Part shown: one piece after another, positions 1 to 8,320 of the stretch
Layout of the letters: each line of letters opens with the position of its first letter
Numbering within the stretch: position 1 is the first letter of the stretch
Virus record (IMG/VR): IMGVR_UViG_3300008107_000013
Strand: one strand, 5' to 3'
DNA length: 20,000 bases
DNA from: an uncultured virus (IMG/VR IMGVR_UViG_3300008107_000013)
Lineage: Duplodnaviria; Heunggongvirae; Uroviricota; Caudoviricetes
Made by a program: the position numbers and the translations under genes
Notes under the pieces: model-generated
Seen by the model: the letters and a program-made list of their open reading frames with translations, nothing else
The model's database searches: none
What the model was told of the DNA's origin: nothing

Positions 1-2
1 AT

Positions 3-224
3 AGCAGATGCTATTAGCGCGGCGTCTCGTTCTTTGGTATCTTCAATACCTGACTGTATAAGTGAGACGAGTTTTCCATTACCTGTTGCCATAGCTGCGG
101 CAAGCGCGCAACCAGAAGCCATCCCAGCGTCAATAGTAGAACGATTAATAACGGCATCCAAATTAAGTCTTGTGTCTTTAGCATATTCCGGTAATGCCTC
201 CTTTAATTGATCGACCCAACTCAT
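3..224 (-). CDS. ahpD: Alkyl hydroperoxide reductase AhpD (N-terminal part; runs off window start)
   Basis: Manual translation MSWVDQLKEALPEYAKDTRLNLDAVINRSTIDAGMASGCALAAAMATGN... matches the AhpD N-terminus (LPEYAKDxRLNL). ATGA overlap with the ahpC stop. Not in the ORF track. Confidence 0.88.
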   Translation of the reverse strand, partial: MSWVDQLKEALPEYAKDTRLNLDAVINRSTIDAGMASGCALAAAMATGNGKLVSLIQSGIEDTKERDAALIASA

Positions 225-757
225 AGAGTCTCACCGCCGACGGTGCGGTTGCATGCACATAGTTCCCCAGTTTGAAGAGCATCTAAAACACGTAGCGTTT
301 CCTCAGGAGAACGTCCAACATTGAGATTGTTAACTGTTACATGTTGAATAACATTATCTGGGTCAACAATAAATGTAGCGCGCAATGCAGCACCCGCGGG
401 ATTATAAAATACACCAAGCTGTTCTATTAAAGATTTTTCCCAATTACGTTGGGTGTCAGCAAACTGGATGTGCCTAATTTTAGAAAGATCAGGATGAGCT
501 TTCTGCCATGCGAGCTTGCAGAACTCATTATCAGTGGAGCCGGTTAGTAGCACAGCATCCCTATCGGCAAAGTCTTGAAAAAGCTTATCATATGCTACAA
601 TCTCTGTCGGGCAGACAAATGTAAAGTCTTTAGGATAATAAACAATTATTTTCCACTTATAATCAAATGATTTTTCCGTAATGTCAAAAAACTGGTCGCT
701 ACCAGGATTCACTCCAGTTACTACAAAAGGTTCTAACTTATCGCCTACTGTTTTCAT
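221..757 (-). CDS. ahpC: 2-Cys peroxiredoxin AhpC
   Basis: YPKDFTFVCPTE peroxidatic motif, RATFIVDP, GRSPEETLRVLDALQTGELC; GGAG RBS. Confidence 0.96.
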   Translation of the reverse strand: MKTVGDKLEPFVVTGVNPGSDQFFDITEKSFDYKWKIIVYYPKDFTFVCPTEIVAYDKLFQDFADRDAVLLTGSTDNEFCKLAWQKAHPDLSKIRHIQFADTQRNWEKSLIEQLGVFYNPAGAALRATFIVDPDNVIQHVTVNNLNVGRSPEETLRVLDALQTGELCACNRTVGGETL

Positions 758-827
758 TTTTTCTCCAATTCATAAGAGCACCATTGCTCTATCATAAAAT
801 ATATATTCTATTAACTACTGTGTATTA

Positions 828-876
828 ATAGTTTTAACAAATAATTGTTTTAATGGCAGCCATTGAAAAAATTAAT
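828..876 (-). promoter_or_regulatory. Putative OxyR/LysR-type binding site upstream of ahpC
   Basis: Minus strand reads ATTA-N7-CAAT-N7-ATTA...ATTT-N7-CTAT, resembling the OxyR ATAG-N7-CTAT repeat architecture. The region is AT-rich, so a chance match is possible. Confidence 0.45.
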
Positions 877-878
877 AA

Positions 879-954
879 TGGCCTGACTGGCAGGGATCGA
901 ACCTGCGACCCACAGCTTAGAAGGCTGTTGCTCTATCCACTGAGCTACAGTCAG
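879..954 (-). tRNA. tRNA-Arg (anticodon TCT)
   Basis: CTGACTG/CAGTCAG acceptor stem, ACAGC-CT-TCT-AA-GCTGT anticodon arm, GGTTCGATCC T-arm, encoded CCA. Confidence 0.96.
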
Positions 955-958
955 ATAT

Positions 959-1159
959 CTATTTCAAAGCAGGCTTGTCTAATGCTTCTAAAACACAGTC
1001 TTCCGTAGATAAGATATCTTGATAGTCGTCTTTGTATGAATTAGGGCTGGGTAAGTCACTATAATGATCCCAGTTATCTTTTTTAAAAATCTTATCCCAG
1101 TTATCTTCAAACGTTTTGCGATCAACAGAAAACGGTCTTGACATACTTCCTTTGCTCAT
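959..1159 (-). CDS. Hypothetical phage protein (66 aa)
   Basis: ORF packed between neighbours; MSKGSxxRP...FEDNWDKIF N-terminus resembles small phage proteins. Confidence 0.7.
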   Translation of the reverse strand: MSKGSMSRPFSVDRKTFEDNWDKIFKKDNWDHYSDLPSPNSYKDDYQDILSTEDCVLEALDKPALK

Positions 1160-1162
1160 AAT

Positions 1163-1336
1163 TTATTTGCTTTGATATCTAACGCGGCAAGACACCGACA
1201 TCTGTGAGTTTGCTTGTTTAAGTGCTTTTTCATAGGTATTTTTTTTCGCCAAACAATCCTTCTCGTGTTTAAATTCGTCCACGATAGCAAAATTATCTAC
1301 AACTCCTAACCAAATAATAAGTAAATAAGACACCAT
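1163..1336 (-). CDS. Small hypothetical protein (57 aa) with hydrophobic N-terminus
   Basis: Manual translation MVSYLLIIWLGVVDNFAIVDEFKHEKDCLAKKNTYEKALKQANSQMSVSCRVRYQSK; strong AGGAGG RBS. Confidence 0.75.
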   Translation of the reverse strand: MVSYLLIIWLGVVDNFAIVDEFKHEKDCLAKKNTYEKALKQANSQMSVSCRVRYQSK

Positions 1337-1350
1337 AGCTGCCTCCTATT

Positions 1351-1424
1351 TGGTGCCCCGTGACAGAATCGAACTGCCGATTGATGATTACAAATCAACT
1401 GTTATACCATTTAACTAACAGGGC
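1351..1424 (-). tRNA. tRNA-Thr (anticodon TGT)
   Basis: GCCCTGT/ACGGGGC acceptor, GTTA/TAAC D-stem, GTTGA-TT-TGT-AA-TCATC anticodon arm (one U-U mismatch), GTTCGATTC T-loop, encoded CCA. Confidence 0.92.
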
Positions 1425-1429
1425 GATAA

Positions 1430-1924
1430 TTAAACTTTCTGTAAATCTTTCTTAACCAGGTATACGTAGGTATATGCGTTTTGTTTGGTAACTTCTAATG
1501 CTTCCATAACCTTTGTAATTACAAAAGCCTCGCCTTGCTCTTTGTGTTCAAAGTATAGTTGCTTGGCTACTTCTCTCTTTGAGCCTTTTCTACTTACTGG
1601 TGTTTGCCCTTGGACCTGCTCCCCCGCGTTAAAAGCATTTTCACCAATTAGTGTTTTAAGAGTTACAACACTGCGATTAGCGCGCTCAACTATTGCATCA
1701 GGTGAAACGTCCTCGCCGTTAACGAGCTTTTCTACGGCACTCATAACGAAGACGTATGCTTTGCGTTGATTGTTTTCGTTAGGAAGTCCAAAGCTTGACA
1801 TAATCTGATTTGCTGCTTTTAGCCGATCAGGTTGATTGTCAAGATAGTCTCGCGTACGTTGAATAGCAATGACGGGTGACATACCTTGAGAAACGTTAAT
1901 CTTTTTAAGTACGGCTGCACTCAT
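1430..1924 (-). CDS. Hypothetical early protein with possible C-terminal helix-turn-helix
   Basis: 164 aa ORF, AGGAG RBS, own sigma70-like promoter; C-terminus SKREVAKQLY...VMEALEVTKQNAYTYVY looks HTH-like. Confidence 0.8.
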   Translation of the reverse strand: MSAAVLKKINVSQGMSPVIAIQRTRDYLDNQPDRLKAANQIMSSFGLPNENNQRKAYVFVMSAVEKLVNGEDVSPDAIVERANRSVVTLKTLIGENAFNAGEQVQGQTPVSRKGSKREVAKQLYFEHKEQGEAFVITKVMEALEVTKQNAYTYVYLVKKDLQKV

Positions 1925-1952
1925 ATAATCTCCTAATTTTTCAGTACATTTA

Positions 1953-1981
1953 ATTATATGAAATTATGAAAATTAAAGCAA
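1953..1981 (-). promoter_or_regulatory. sigma70-like promoter
   Basis: TTGCTT-N17-TATAAT in the intergenic gap. Confidence 0.8.
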
Positions 1982-1983
1982 CC

Positions 1984-2658
1984 CTACGTCTTGCTCTGGT
2001 TTAAATGATATGACTTAAATATTGTCATGACTTCGCTGACGTATTCTTCTTTGCGTTTAAAAAATACTTGAGGTTGGTCGTCCTCTACGGCTATGAGGAT
2101 TGCAATATAAGGAACCTCCAGATTATACCTCTCCTCTATCATCATAGCATAGGCAGTAGATTGTAAGAAGTAGCTTTTAATCCATTCTTCTTTTTTAAGA
2201 CTCTTGGATGTTTTATAGTCAGCCACGCACGGGTATCCATCATACTTACAAAACACATCGCAGGAACCTGCTGTCTTTAAAACATCTGAATAGAGGAAAA
2301 GTTCTACTCCCATTACTTCAGTAATACTAGCATCAACTCGAGGTTTAAGTTGGCGAAATAACATCTTACTAATGGGATTGGCATTGGCAAGATAATCACT
2401 TTTATTTAATACATAGTCTTCCATTATCTTGTGAAGCTTTGTACCGCGATTGGCTGCTTGAGCAGTAATCTTTTTAGCCTGATCGTGACCTATTCTGTCC
2501 CTCCACTCCTGTATGCCTTTCTTGCTTAATGTAGAAAGTACGGAAGTTACAGAGGGATATTTTTCACCAGATGGTGTAACGTAAAATCTCTTACCGTCAA
2601 TCTCGACTCGCTCTAAAGAAAGACTGGGTAAGAATTTATGTTCGAATAGTTGAGCCAC
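1984..2658 (-). CDS. PD-(D/E)XK (RecB/Cas4-like) exonuclease
   Basis: YPSVTSVL, RGTKLH, E-x-x-L, AGSCD, DYKTS and QSTAYA motifs. Confidence 0.9.
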   Translation of the reverse strand: MAQLFEHKFLPSLSLERVEIDGKRFYVTPSGEKYPSVTSVLSTLSKKGIQEWRDRIGHDQAKKITAQAANRGTKLHKIMEDYVLNKSDYLANANPISKMLFRQLKPRVDASITEVMGVELFLYSDVLKTAGSCDVFCKYDGYPCVADYKTSKSLKKEEWIKSYFLQSTAYAMMIEERYNLEVPYIAILIAVEDDQPQVFFKRKEEYVSEVMTIFKSYHLNQSKT

Positions 2659-2872
2659 GATGTTTTGATTTAATATTTTTAAGAAGATCTTTGAAGCCAG
2701 CGGCTGGTTTTTTTATTCCTGCTCGGACTGGATCCATAACCCCTGGCGCTTGCTCGTCAAAATGTCTTTCTAGATGAGGGTTGTTCTTTTTAAAATTGTC
2801 GTACTCAGACATCTTGCATGTATGTTCTTCTATCTGTTTTGTCTGAGTGTTCAAAAAAGTGTATGTTGGCAT
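2636..2872 (-). CDS. FmdB-like small protein of T4-like phages
   Basis: MPTYTF start (zinc-binding Cys pair absent), GFKDLLKNIK C-terminus; adjacent to the exonuclease. Confidence 0.7.
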   Translation of the reverse strand: MPTYTFLNTQTKQIEEHTCKMSEYDNFKKNNPHLERHFDEQAPGVMDPVRAGIKKPAAGFKDLLKNIKSKHRGSTIRT

Positions 2873-2976
2873 TATTTTTTATTTGCAGCTCTTCGCTTGC
2901 GCCAAATATAGTTAGTAATGTTTATAGAAATATTCTCTACAAAGCCCATGGCCTTGCTACGCCAAAACCAGTTCAT
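2872..2976 (-). CDS. Small basic hypothetical protein (34 aa)
   Basis: Manual translation MNWFWRSKAMGFVENISINITNYIWRKRRAANKK; AGGAG RBS; TAATG coupling to the next gene. Confidence 0.65.
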   Translation of the reverse strand: MNWFWRSKAMGFVENISINITNYIWRKRRAANKK

Positions 2977-2984
2977 AAAGTCTC

Positions 2985-3158
2985 CTAAATTGCTTCTTCG
3001 TAACTCATAATCTTTTTTAAATCTTTTGCTCTAAACGCGTTATCAAAGTTTCTTGGCTGTTTGTTTTTTACCTGCTTAGATTTCTTTGCAATATGATGGC
3101 TATTTGCATAATCATCAAAAACAGCCTGTTTGTTATTTTTGCGTGATGTCTTGCTCAT
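2985..3158 (-). CDS. Small basic hypothetical protein (57 aa)
   Basis: Manual translation MSKTSRKNNKQAVFDDYANSHHIAKKSKQVKNKQPRNFDNAFRAKDLKKIMSYEEAI; GAGGAG RBS. Confidence 0.72.
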   Translation of the reverse strand: MSKTSRKNNKQAVFDDYANSHHIAKKSKQVKNKQPRNFDNAFRAKDLKKIMSYEEAI

Positions 3159-3582
3159 TGTTCTCCTCTTGCGGCAAAAGATCAGGGAAAGCTTGTCTTA
3201 CTATTTTTTCTGTAATACCCTTAAATGGAAGTTTTTTATCTTTAACAGATAAAAGTAACTTTGCGTCTTCAGAGTCTATTGATTCAAGTAACTGAATAAA
3301 AAGAAACTCTCTTCTGAGTGGCTTAAGATTGGGATTACCCCCCTCCACAAATAGATATAATCTTTTTATTTCAGAATATAGACGGCCGTCAGCATCGTAG
3401 CCTTCAAATGGTCTGTAAGGAGGGTTTCCTTTTGGTAGAATAAATTTAAGGTTCTTATCATACACGTATCGTAATAGCTCTTTTACAGCAACCGATCCGT
3501 TTTGTCTTAAAAATAAATGCCGATCAGAGGCAGGAGTAAACTCAGATACTTCTTTTAAAATTAGTGATAGTTTTTTTCTCAT
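3133..3582 (-). CDS. Conserved T4-like phage hypothetical protein downstream of rnh
   Basis: LPKGNPPY, RREFLFIQLLE and VKDKKL motifs; ATGA overlap with rnh. Confidence 0.8.
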   Translation of the reverse strand: MRKKLSLILKEVSEFTPASDRHLFLRQNGSVAVKELLRYVYDKNLKFILPKGNPPYRPFEGYDADGRLYSEIKRLYLFVEGGNPNLKPLRREFLFIQLLESIDSEDAKLLLSVKDKKLPFKGITEKIVRQAFPDLLPQEENNEQDITQK

Positions 3583-4433
3583 AGAAAATCTTCAATCTTT
3601 TCGGCAAGGGTTTTAAGGTTGTGCTTGGCAAAATAAAGTTCAAGTTTATCCGAGGGTCTATTGGCCTGTTTCTCGTATTCAAAAAGAATTTTTTCTTGTA
3701 TGTTTTGAGGGACGTAAGTTAAATCAATCAGCGTTTCGTTACGAATCCAATTTTTGAGCAGATCGTCTTTGAAGTATTCTCTTGGATTGGCAATGTGGAT
3801 GTATTTGTTTACAAACATTTTCTTTTGACGTTCGCCATTAACGATACAATCATCGTTTGAGAGAATGTTAGGTATACCGTCGCCACGGTCACCTTTAAGA
3901 ATTAATTCACGTGTAAACATTACGGGGTTGTTATGAGTTATAAACTTTTTTCTAACTGGATCATACTGACTAACGTTACCATAAATGTGAAGCTGAGCAA
4001 AATCTTTATCGCCGGAAAGAATTAGTATCTTATCTCCTGTATTTAGCATGTTACCAAATTTATGTACAAGTGTGCCAATTATATCATCGGCTTCAGCGTG
4101 ATCTACTTGTATAACACGATACGGTGATACTTCTTTTAGCTCGTTTCTAACTTTATTAAGTATGTTAAAAATGTTAGACCAGTCTATCTCAGATGTTTCT
4201 CTATCCTTTTTTCTATTTGCTTTATACTGTGGAAACACCTGCTTACGCCAGACGTTCTTATCATCGCACGCAATAATAAGATCTCCATACTCTTTAAACC
4301 TTGATTTTAACGAACGAATAGAATTAAGAACCATGTGTCTAAACAGGCTCTCATCAATTTTAACATCAGTATGATTTCCAATTTGTGCCATAAAGTTGGA
4401 TATCATGACCTGATTTAAGTCTAGGATGATCAT
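3579..4433 (-). CDS. rnh: T4-type RNase H / 5'-3' flap exonuclease
   Basis: MIILDLNQ, WRK..FPQYKANR, EADDIIG, SGDKDFAQL and KGDRGDGIPN motifs. Confidence 0.95.
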   Translation of the reverse strand: MIILDLNQVMISNFMAQIGNHTDVKIDESLFRHMVLNSIRSLKSRFKEYGDLIIACDDKNVWRKQVFPQYKANRKKDRETSEIDWSNIFNILNKVRNELKEVSPYRVIQVDHAEADDIIGTLVHKFGNMLNTGDKILILSGDKDFAQLHIYGNVSQYDPVRKKFITHNNPVMFTRELILKGDRGDGIPNILSNDDCIVNGERQKKMFVNKYIHIANPREYFKDDLLKNWIRNETLIDLTYVPQNIQEKILFEYEKQANRPSDKLELYFAKHNLKTLAEKIEDFL

Positions 4434-4440
4434 TTTTATA

Positions 4441-4469
4441 ATTATAAAGGCATTACATAATTAAATCAA
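4441..4469 (-). promoter_or_regulatory. sigma70-like promoter for rnh (near-leaderless)
   Basis: TTGATT-N17-TATAAT, with 7 nt between the -10 and the ATG. Confidence 0.75.
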
Positions 4470-4759
4470 TCGATTAGGCGTATAGTACTTTCCGCTGCTT
4501 TCTGTAAAGGATGCTCTAGTCCTTTTTCTCTAAAGATAGCTGACTTAACCGATTCACAAATTAACCCTATGTCATAGTCATTTTTTAATTCAATAGTAAA
4601 TGTTTCCAAGCTTTGCATAAGACCCGAAACTACATTGTCAGTGATCGTATCAATAGCGTCTATTTTATTTTTTGTAACTTGATCTATTACTTTATCAACA
4701 GTAAGCTCGCCGTGTAGTGCGTCGGGAGCAGGGAACAATATTACATTATTTGCTCTCAT
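4466..4759 (-). CDS. Hypothetical protein (97 aa)
   Basis: NNVILFP N-terminus and HPLQ C-terminal motif; TAATG coupling with gmhA. Confidence 0.75.
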   Translation of the reverse strand: MRANNVILFPAPDALHGELTVDKVIDQVTKNKIDAIDTITDNVVSGLMQSLETFTIELKNDYDIGLICESVKSAIFREKGLEHPLQKAAESTIRLID

Positions 4760-5373
4760 TAAAAAACAACTTTCTCAACCGGTACTAACAAATGTTTTCT
4801 TCTAATATATTGTGCCATCGTATGCATTAAAGCTTGATGTGCATCTTCAACTATACCGTAATTATTATCTTTAACGTGCAAAAATATGTCGGCTTTTCTT
4901 TTAGCTTCTCCGCCATCAAACCCGACTAGTGCAATATTATACATTCCAAGGCTTGTAGCGGTATCTATAGCATTTAGAATATTTTTTGATTTTCCGCTAG
5001 ATGATATTGTAACTAAAACATCACCTTTGTTACCGAGATACATTAGTTGTTGTTTAAAAATCTCACTGTAGGAAATATCATTTGAAATAGCAGTAATTAA
5101 ACTCATATTACTTACCAGACTAATGACACGCGGAAATAAGGATGTATTAGTATTAATTCCTTTACAGTGGTCACAGGTAAAATGTTCGGAGATGGCGGCA
5201 GATCCGCCATTACCACACACAAATATTTGTTTGTTATTAATTATAGCATCTTCTAGTGTATGGGTAGCAAGATTAAATTGGAGGTCATCCACTGAGCTCA
5301 AAGCTATGTGGAGCTGGGAAGAATAAAAATCAAGTGCGTGACTTGGTTCGTTAAAACTTTGTTGTGTTGTCAT
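4759..5373 (-). CDS. gmhA: Sedoheptulose-7-phosphate isomerase (SIS fold)
   Basis: GNGGSAA, TAISND, ISSSGKSKN and GFDGG motifs. Confidence 0.9.
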   Translation of the reverse strand: MTTQQSFNEPSHALDFYSSQLHIALSSVDDLQFNLATHTLEDAIINNKQIFVCGNGGSAAISEHFTCDHCKGINTNTSLFPRVISLVSNMSLITAISNDISYSEIFKQQLMYLGNKGDVLVTISSSGKSKNILNAIDTATSLGMYNIALVGFDGGEAKRKADIFLHVKDNNYGIVEDAHQALMHTMAQYIRRKHLLVPVEKVVF

Positions 5374-6346
5374 AATACACTACCTCAGCACCTCGGTCAG
5401 AAAAATTAAAATTATCAAACAACTCAAAATTACTTAGTTTAGAAATAACTCGGTTTCGATATTTTGGCTTAACATAAAATAATAAGAACCCACCTCCACC
5501 AGCACCTAATATTTTACCACCTAGTGCTCCAGCTTTAATAGCCTCTTCGTATATATTATTAATACTTTCATTAGATATATTATCTGCTAGACTGCGTTTT
5601 AATTTCCAGCTTTCGTCTAATAGTTTACCAAAGTCGTCTAATTCATTCTTAACAAGCATGGACTGTCCTAGGTAGGCGTATTCAACCATTCTATGCTGCG
5701 TTTTCCATTTTTCGTCTGTCTTCATACCTTCGGCATGCTTACTCAAAATGTCATTGGCTGTACGCTTAACGCCTGTATATACCATAATAAGATTGTCTCT
5801 TAGCTCTTTTAATGTGCTGCTAGCAATATTAATAGGTGTAACGTTAACGCTTTCGGTCTTATTAAACTCTATTAGGTTAAACCCACCAAATGAAGCTGCG
5901 TACTGATCTTGCTTACCCAGCGTATCCCCGCACATTACTCTTTCAATATTAAACGCTGATTCTGCAAGCTCAAAACGGGTGTCACTTCCTCCCGTTGCGT
6001 GGTCTAGTGCTTTGCAAAGTGCTACGGTGTACGTTGAGGATGACCCAAGTCCGGTACCTTTAGTTGGTATTTCACAAAACGAAGATATTTCTATACCGGT
6101 TTGTATATCAAAATACTGTAATGTGTTTCTAGCTCTATCGTGATTTAATTCACTAATAATATCTACTTGTTCGACTCGCTCGTACGATACTTTAACTCCT
6201 CTATTTGGTGTTTTGTTGACAGCAAGGTACATATATTTGTCTATAGTGGTGCTTATAACTGCACCTTGTGAACTAGAATAAAATTCTGGAAGATCGCTAC
6301 CACCACCTAAAAAACTAATGCGCAGAGGCGCTCGGGCAAGTATCAT
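5351..6346 (-). CDS. hddA: D-glycero-D-manno-heptose 7-phosphate kinase (GHMP family)
   Basis: APLRISFLGGGSD, GTGLGSSS, GKQDQYAASFGG and GGKILGAGGGGF motifs. Confidence 0.88.
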   Translation of the reverse strand: MILARAPLRISFLGGGSDLPEFYSSSQGAVISTTIDKYMYLAVNKTPNRGVKVSYERVEQVDIISELNHDRARNTLQYFDIQTGIEISSFCEIPTKGTGLGSSSTYTVALCKALDHATGGSDTRFELAESAFNIERVMCGDTLGKQDQYAASFGGFNLIEFNKTESVNVTPINIASSTLKELRDNLIMVYTGVKRTANDILSKHAEGMKTDEKWKTQHRMVEYAYLGQSMLVKNELDDFGKLLDESWKLKRSLADNISNESINNIYEEAIKAGALGGKILGAGGGGFLLFYVKPKYRNRVISKLSNFELFDNFNFSDRGAEVVYYDNTTKF

Positions 6347-7335
6347 AGAGGATTATATGTAAATATCTGTGATTGTGTTTTCCTACTCTCAAGAGTAGGA
6401 TATTTGTCTTTAAGGCCTGTAAGAAGATCCTCCCACTGCTTAACTATTTTAACCCAAGAAAATCTACTATCAGCGTACGCTTTAGCAAAGTTTAAGTATT
6501 CCCGAGTATCATCTCTATCAACAATACCGATAGCGTGCTCAAGGGCACTATAAAAAATATTGCAGTGAGTATTAGGGTCATTATCTGATTGGTACATATA
6601 GGTCATGCCTCCGGCGGTATCTGGTAATCCTCCGTTATTAGAATGTACACAAAGTAGCTTGGCAGACATTGCTTCAATTAAACTTCTACTATTACATTCC
6701 ATCCAAATAGATGGGTAAGCAAAGATATGTGCTTTTAGTAAGTGATCTTTAACAACATCGTTAGGAGCAAACCCATGATATGTCATTTGAGGATGGTTGC
6801 GGATCTTCTCGTAAAGCGGTTCAAATTGTTTATCGGCGTCTGGCCACCCATAGATTTTAAAGCTAGAAAAAACATCAAGGTGAATGTTTTTGTACTTCTC
6901 AGCAAGCTTTTCAAAAACTGGTACTAGTAGTGAAAGCCCTCTTTGGGGGGTGGATGTGTAGATAAGTCTTATCTTATCGTATTCTTTACTAACGCTTGGT
7001 AGAGGATCGATAGGTGTTTCTAAAACTATATGATCTTTAGATGGAGGAATACCTAAAAAATCTTTGTAGCGGTTGTACTGCCAGTTACCGCAAAATACTA
7101 ACTTATGAAAACGACGCCTGCTATTTTCTTCTTTTAAGTGATTGGTTTCAGGGTCTTCTGGAAGATCGTGTAACCAATAAACTCTAATTTTATCTTCTTC
7201 AATTTTACGGATACGGGAGCATATAATTTGAAAATCATCTGCAAGACCTTCTGGTAATCTTTCTGCTAATCCTCTTTTTACACTCTCCGTACCACCTTGA
7301 CTATTTTTACTAATCTCATTTTCTTCAAACGCCAT
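6343..7335 (-). CDS. Glycosyltransferase, GT-B fold (GT4-like)
   Basis: GGTE, LIYTSTPQRGL, and YPSIWMECNSRSLIEAM (E-x7-E); start may instead be 7344. Confidence 0.88.
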   Translation of the reverse strand: MAFEENEISKNSQGGTESVKRGLAERLPEGLADDFQIICSRIRKIEEDKIRVYWLHDLPEDPETNHLKEENSRRRFHKLVFCGNWQYNRYKDFLGIPPSKDHIVLETPIDPLPSVSKEYDKIRLIYTSTPQRGLSLLVPVFEKLAEKYKNIHLDVFSSFKIYGWPDADKQFEPLYEKIRNHPQMTYHGFAPNDVVKDHLLKAHIFAYPSIWMECNSRSLIEAMSAKLLCVHSNNGGLPDTAGGMTYMYQSDNDPNTHCNIFYSALEHAIGIVDRDDTREYLNFAKAYADSRFSWVKIVKQWEDLLTGLKDKYPTLESRKTQSQIFTYNPL

Positions 7336-8320
7336 TTTTCTCATTCCATTTCATAGTATAGTAATCCCACGATGTTTTAATTATGCGATCAAGTTCACTA
7401 CTTTCGTAAATGAATGTATAGATGTTCAAAAATCTGTTTGCATCAGCAACGAGATATTCTGGATCACCGATCCTTCTTTCTCCTTCAATGACATTTACTT
7501 TCTCCCCTGTGACTCGTTCAAACATACTTACAATATCTCGAATTGTATGACCTTTAGTGGTGCCAAGGTTGCAAGTATCGTACGGGTTAGTTCCGGGGGT
7601 GGATGATTCCTCAAAGTATTTTTGCATATGGACGTGTGCTTTGCATACGTCTTTAACATGAATATAGTCTCTTACGCATGTACCATCTTTTGTATTGTAA
7701 TCCGTACCGTTGATAGTGAATGGTGTTTTTGTTTTAGCTGCAAAGCAAAGTCTTTGAATAACATGACCTGACTCAAGATGATCGCCTACCTCTCCATAAG
7801 CACCTGCAACATTAAAGTATCTAAATGTAAAGAAGTTAATGTTGGGGTACTCCGCTGCCACTATACTAATAAAATCTTCGGCGAGTTTTTTACTTCTACC
7901 GTATGGATGTATAGGTTCAATAAAATCATGTTCGTTAACAGGAGAGGACTTAAGACTGTATACACCTGCTGATGATGAAAATATAAAATTACCTTTCCAT
8001 CCTGTTGATATAAGTCCGTTAATTAGATTGATAGTTTCTGCAACGTTTGTTGAATAATATTTTGCTGGGTTGTTAAAACTATCCGGTACGCTTGCAATTG
8101 CTGCAAAATGATATACGGTGGTAGGCTTAAGAGCGGCAACCGCTGCAACTACTCCATCGCTTGCAAATGATCCTTTTACAAAGTTATCAACGTACGGATT
8201 TGAACCATCGACGATATCCACGCCGATAATTTTATCTCCCTTTTTATGGCTCTCTTCTTTATAGTACTTGCAAAAAGCTTTCCCAATGTAGCCATTACAG
8301 CCTGTTACTAGTATGGGCAC
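7325..8320 (-). CDS. galE: UDP-glucose 4-epimerase-like extended SDR
   Basis: TGCNGYIG, FSSSA, YGRSK, RYFNVAGA, DGTCVRDYIHV and RRIGDP motifs. Confidence 0.9.
   Translation of the reverse strand: MPILVTGCNGYIGKAFCKYYKEESHKKGDKIIGVDIVDGSNPYVDNFVKGSFASDGVVAAVAALKPTTVYHFAAIASVPDSFNNPAKYYSTNVAETINLINGLISTGWKGNFIFSSSAGVYSLKSSPVNEHDFIEPIHPYGRSKKLAEDFISIVAAEYPNINFFTFRYFNVAGAYGEVGDHLESGHVIQRLCFAAKTKTPFTINGTDYNTKDGTCVRDYIHVKDVCKAHVHMQKYFEESSTPGTNPYDTCNLGTTKGHTIRDIVSMFERVTGEKVNVIEGERRIGDPEYLVADANRFLNIYTFIYESSELDRIIKTSWDYYTMKWNEKNGV

Noticed and set aside
879..1424. tRNAs as a prophage attachment site; tRNA at 1351-1424 read as Tyr(GTA)
   Set aside because: No integrase or duplicated tRNA 3' end is seen. 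Cloverleaf geometry centres TGT in a 7-nt loop, and there is no long variable arm as bacterial tRNA-Tyr would have.
1973..1981. T4 MotA box (TTGCTTTA)
   Set aside because: Spacing to the -10 fits an ordinary -35 element with a 17 nt spacer, and is longer than typical MotA spacing.
1984..2658. Cas4-like nuclease as evidence of a CRISPR system
   Set aside because: No repeat-spacer array or other cas genes, and no Cas4 four-Cys cluster; this is a stand-alone phage exonuclease.
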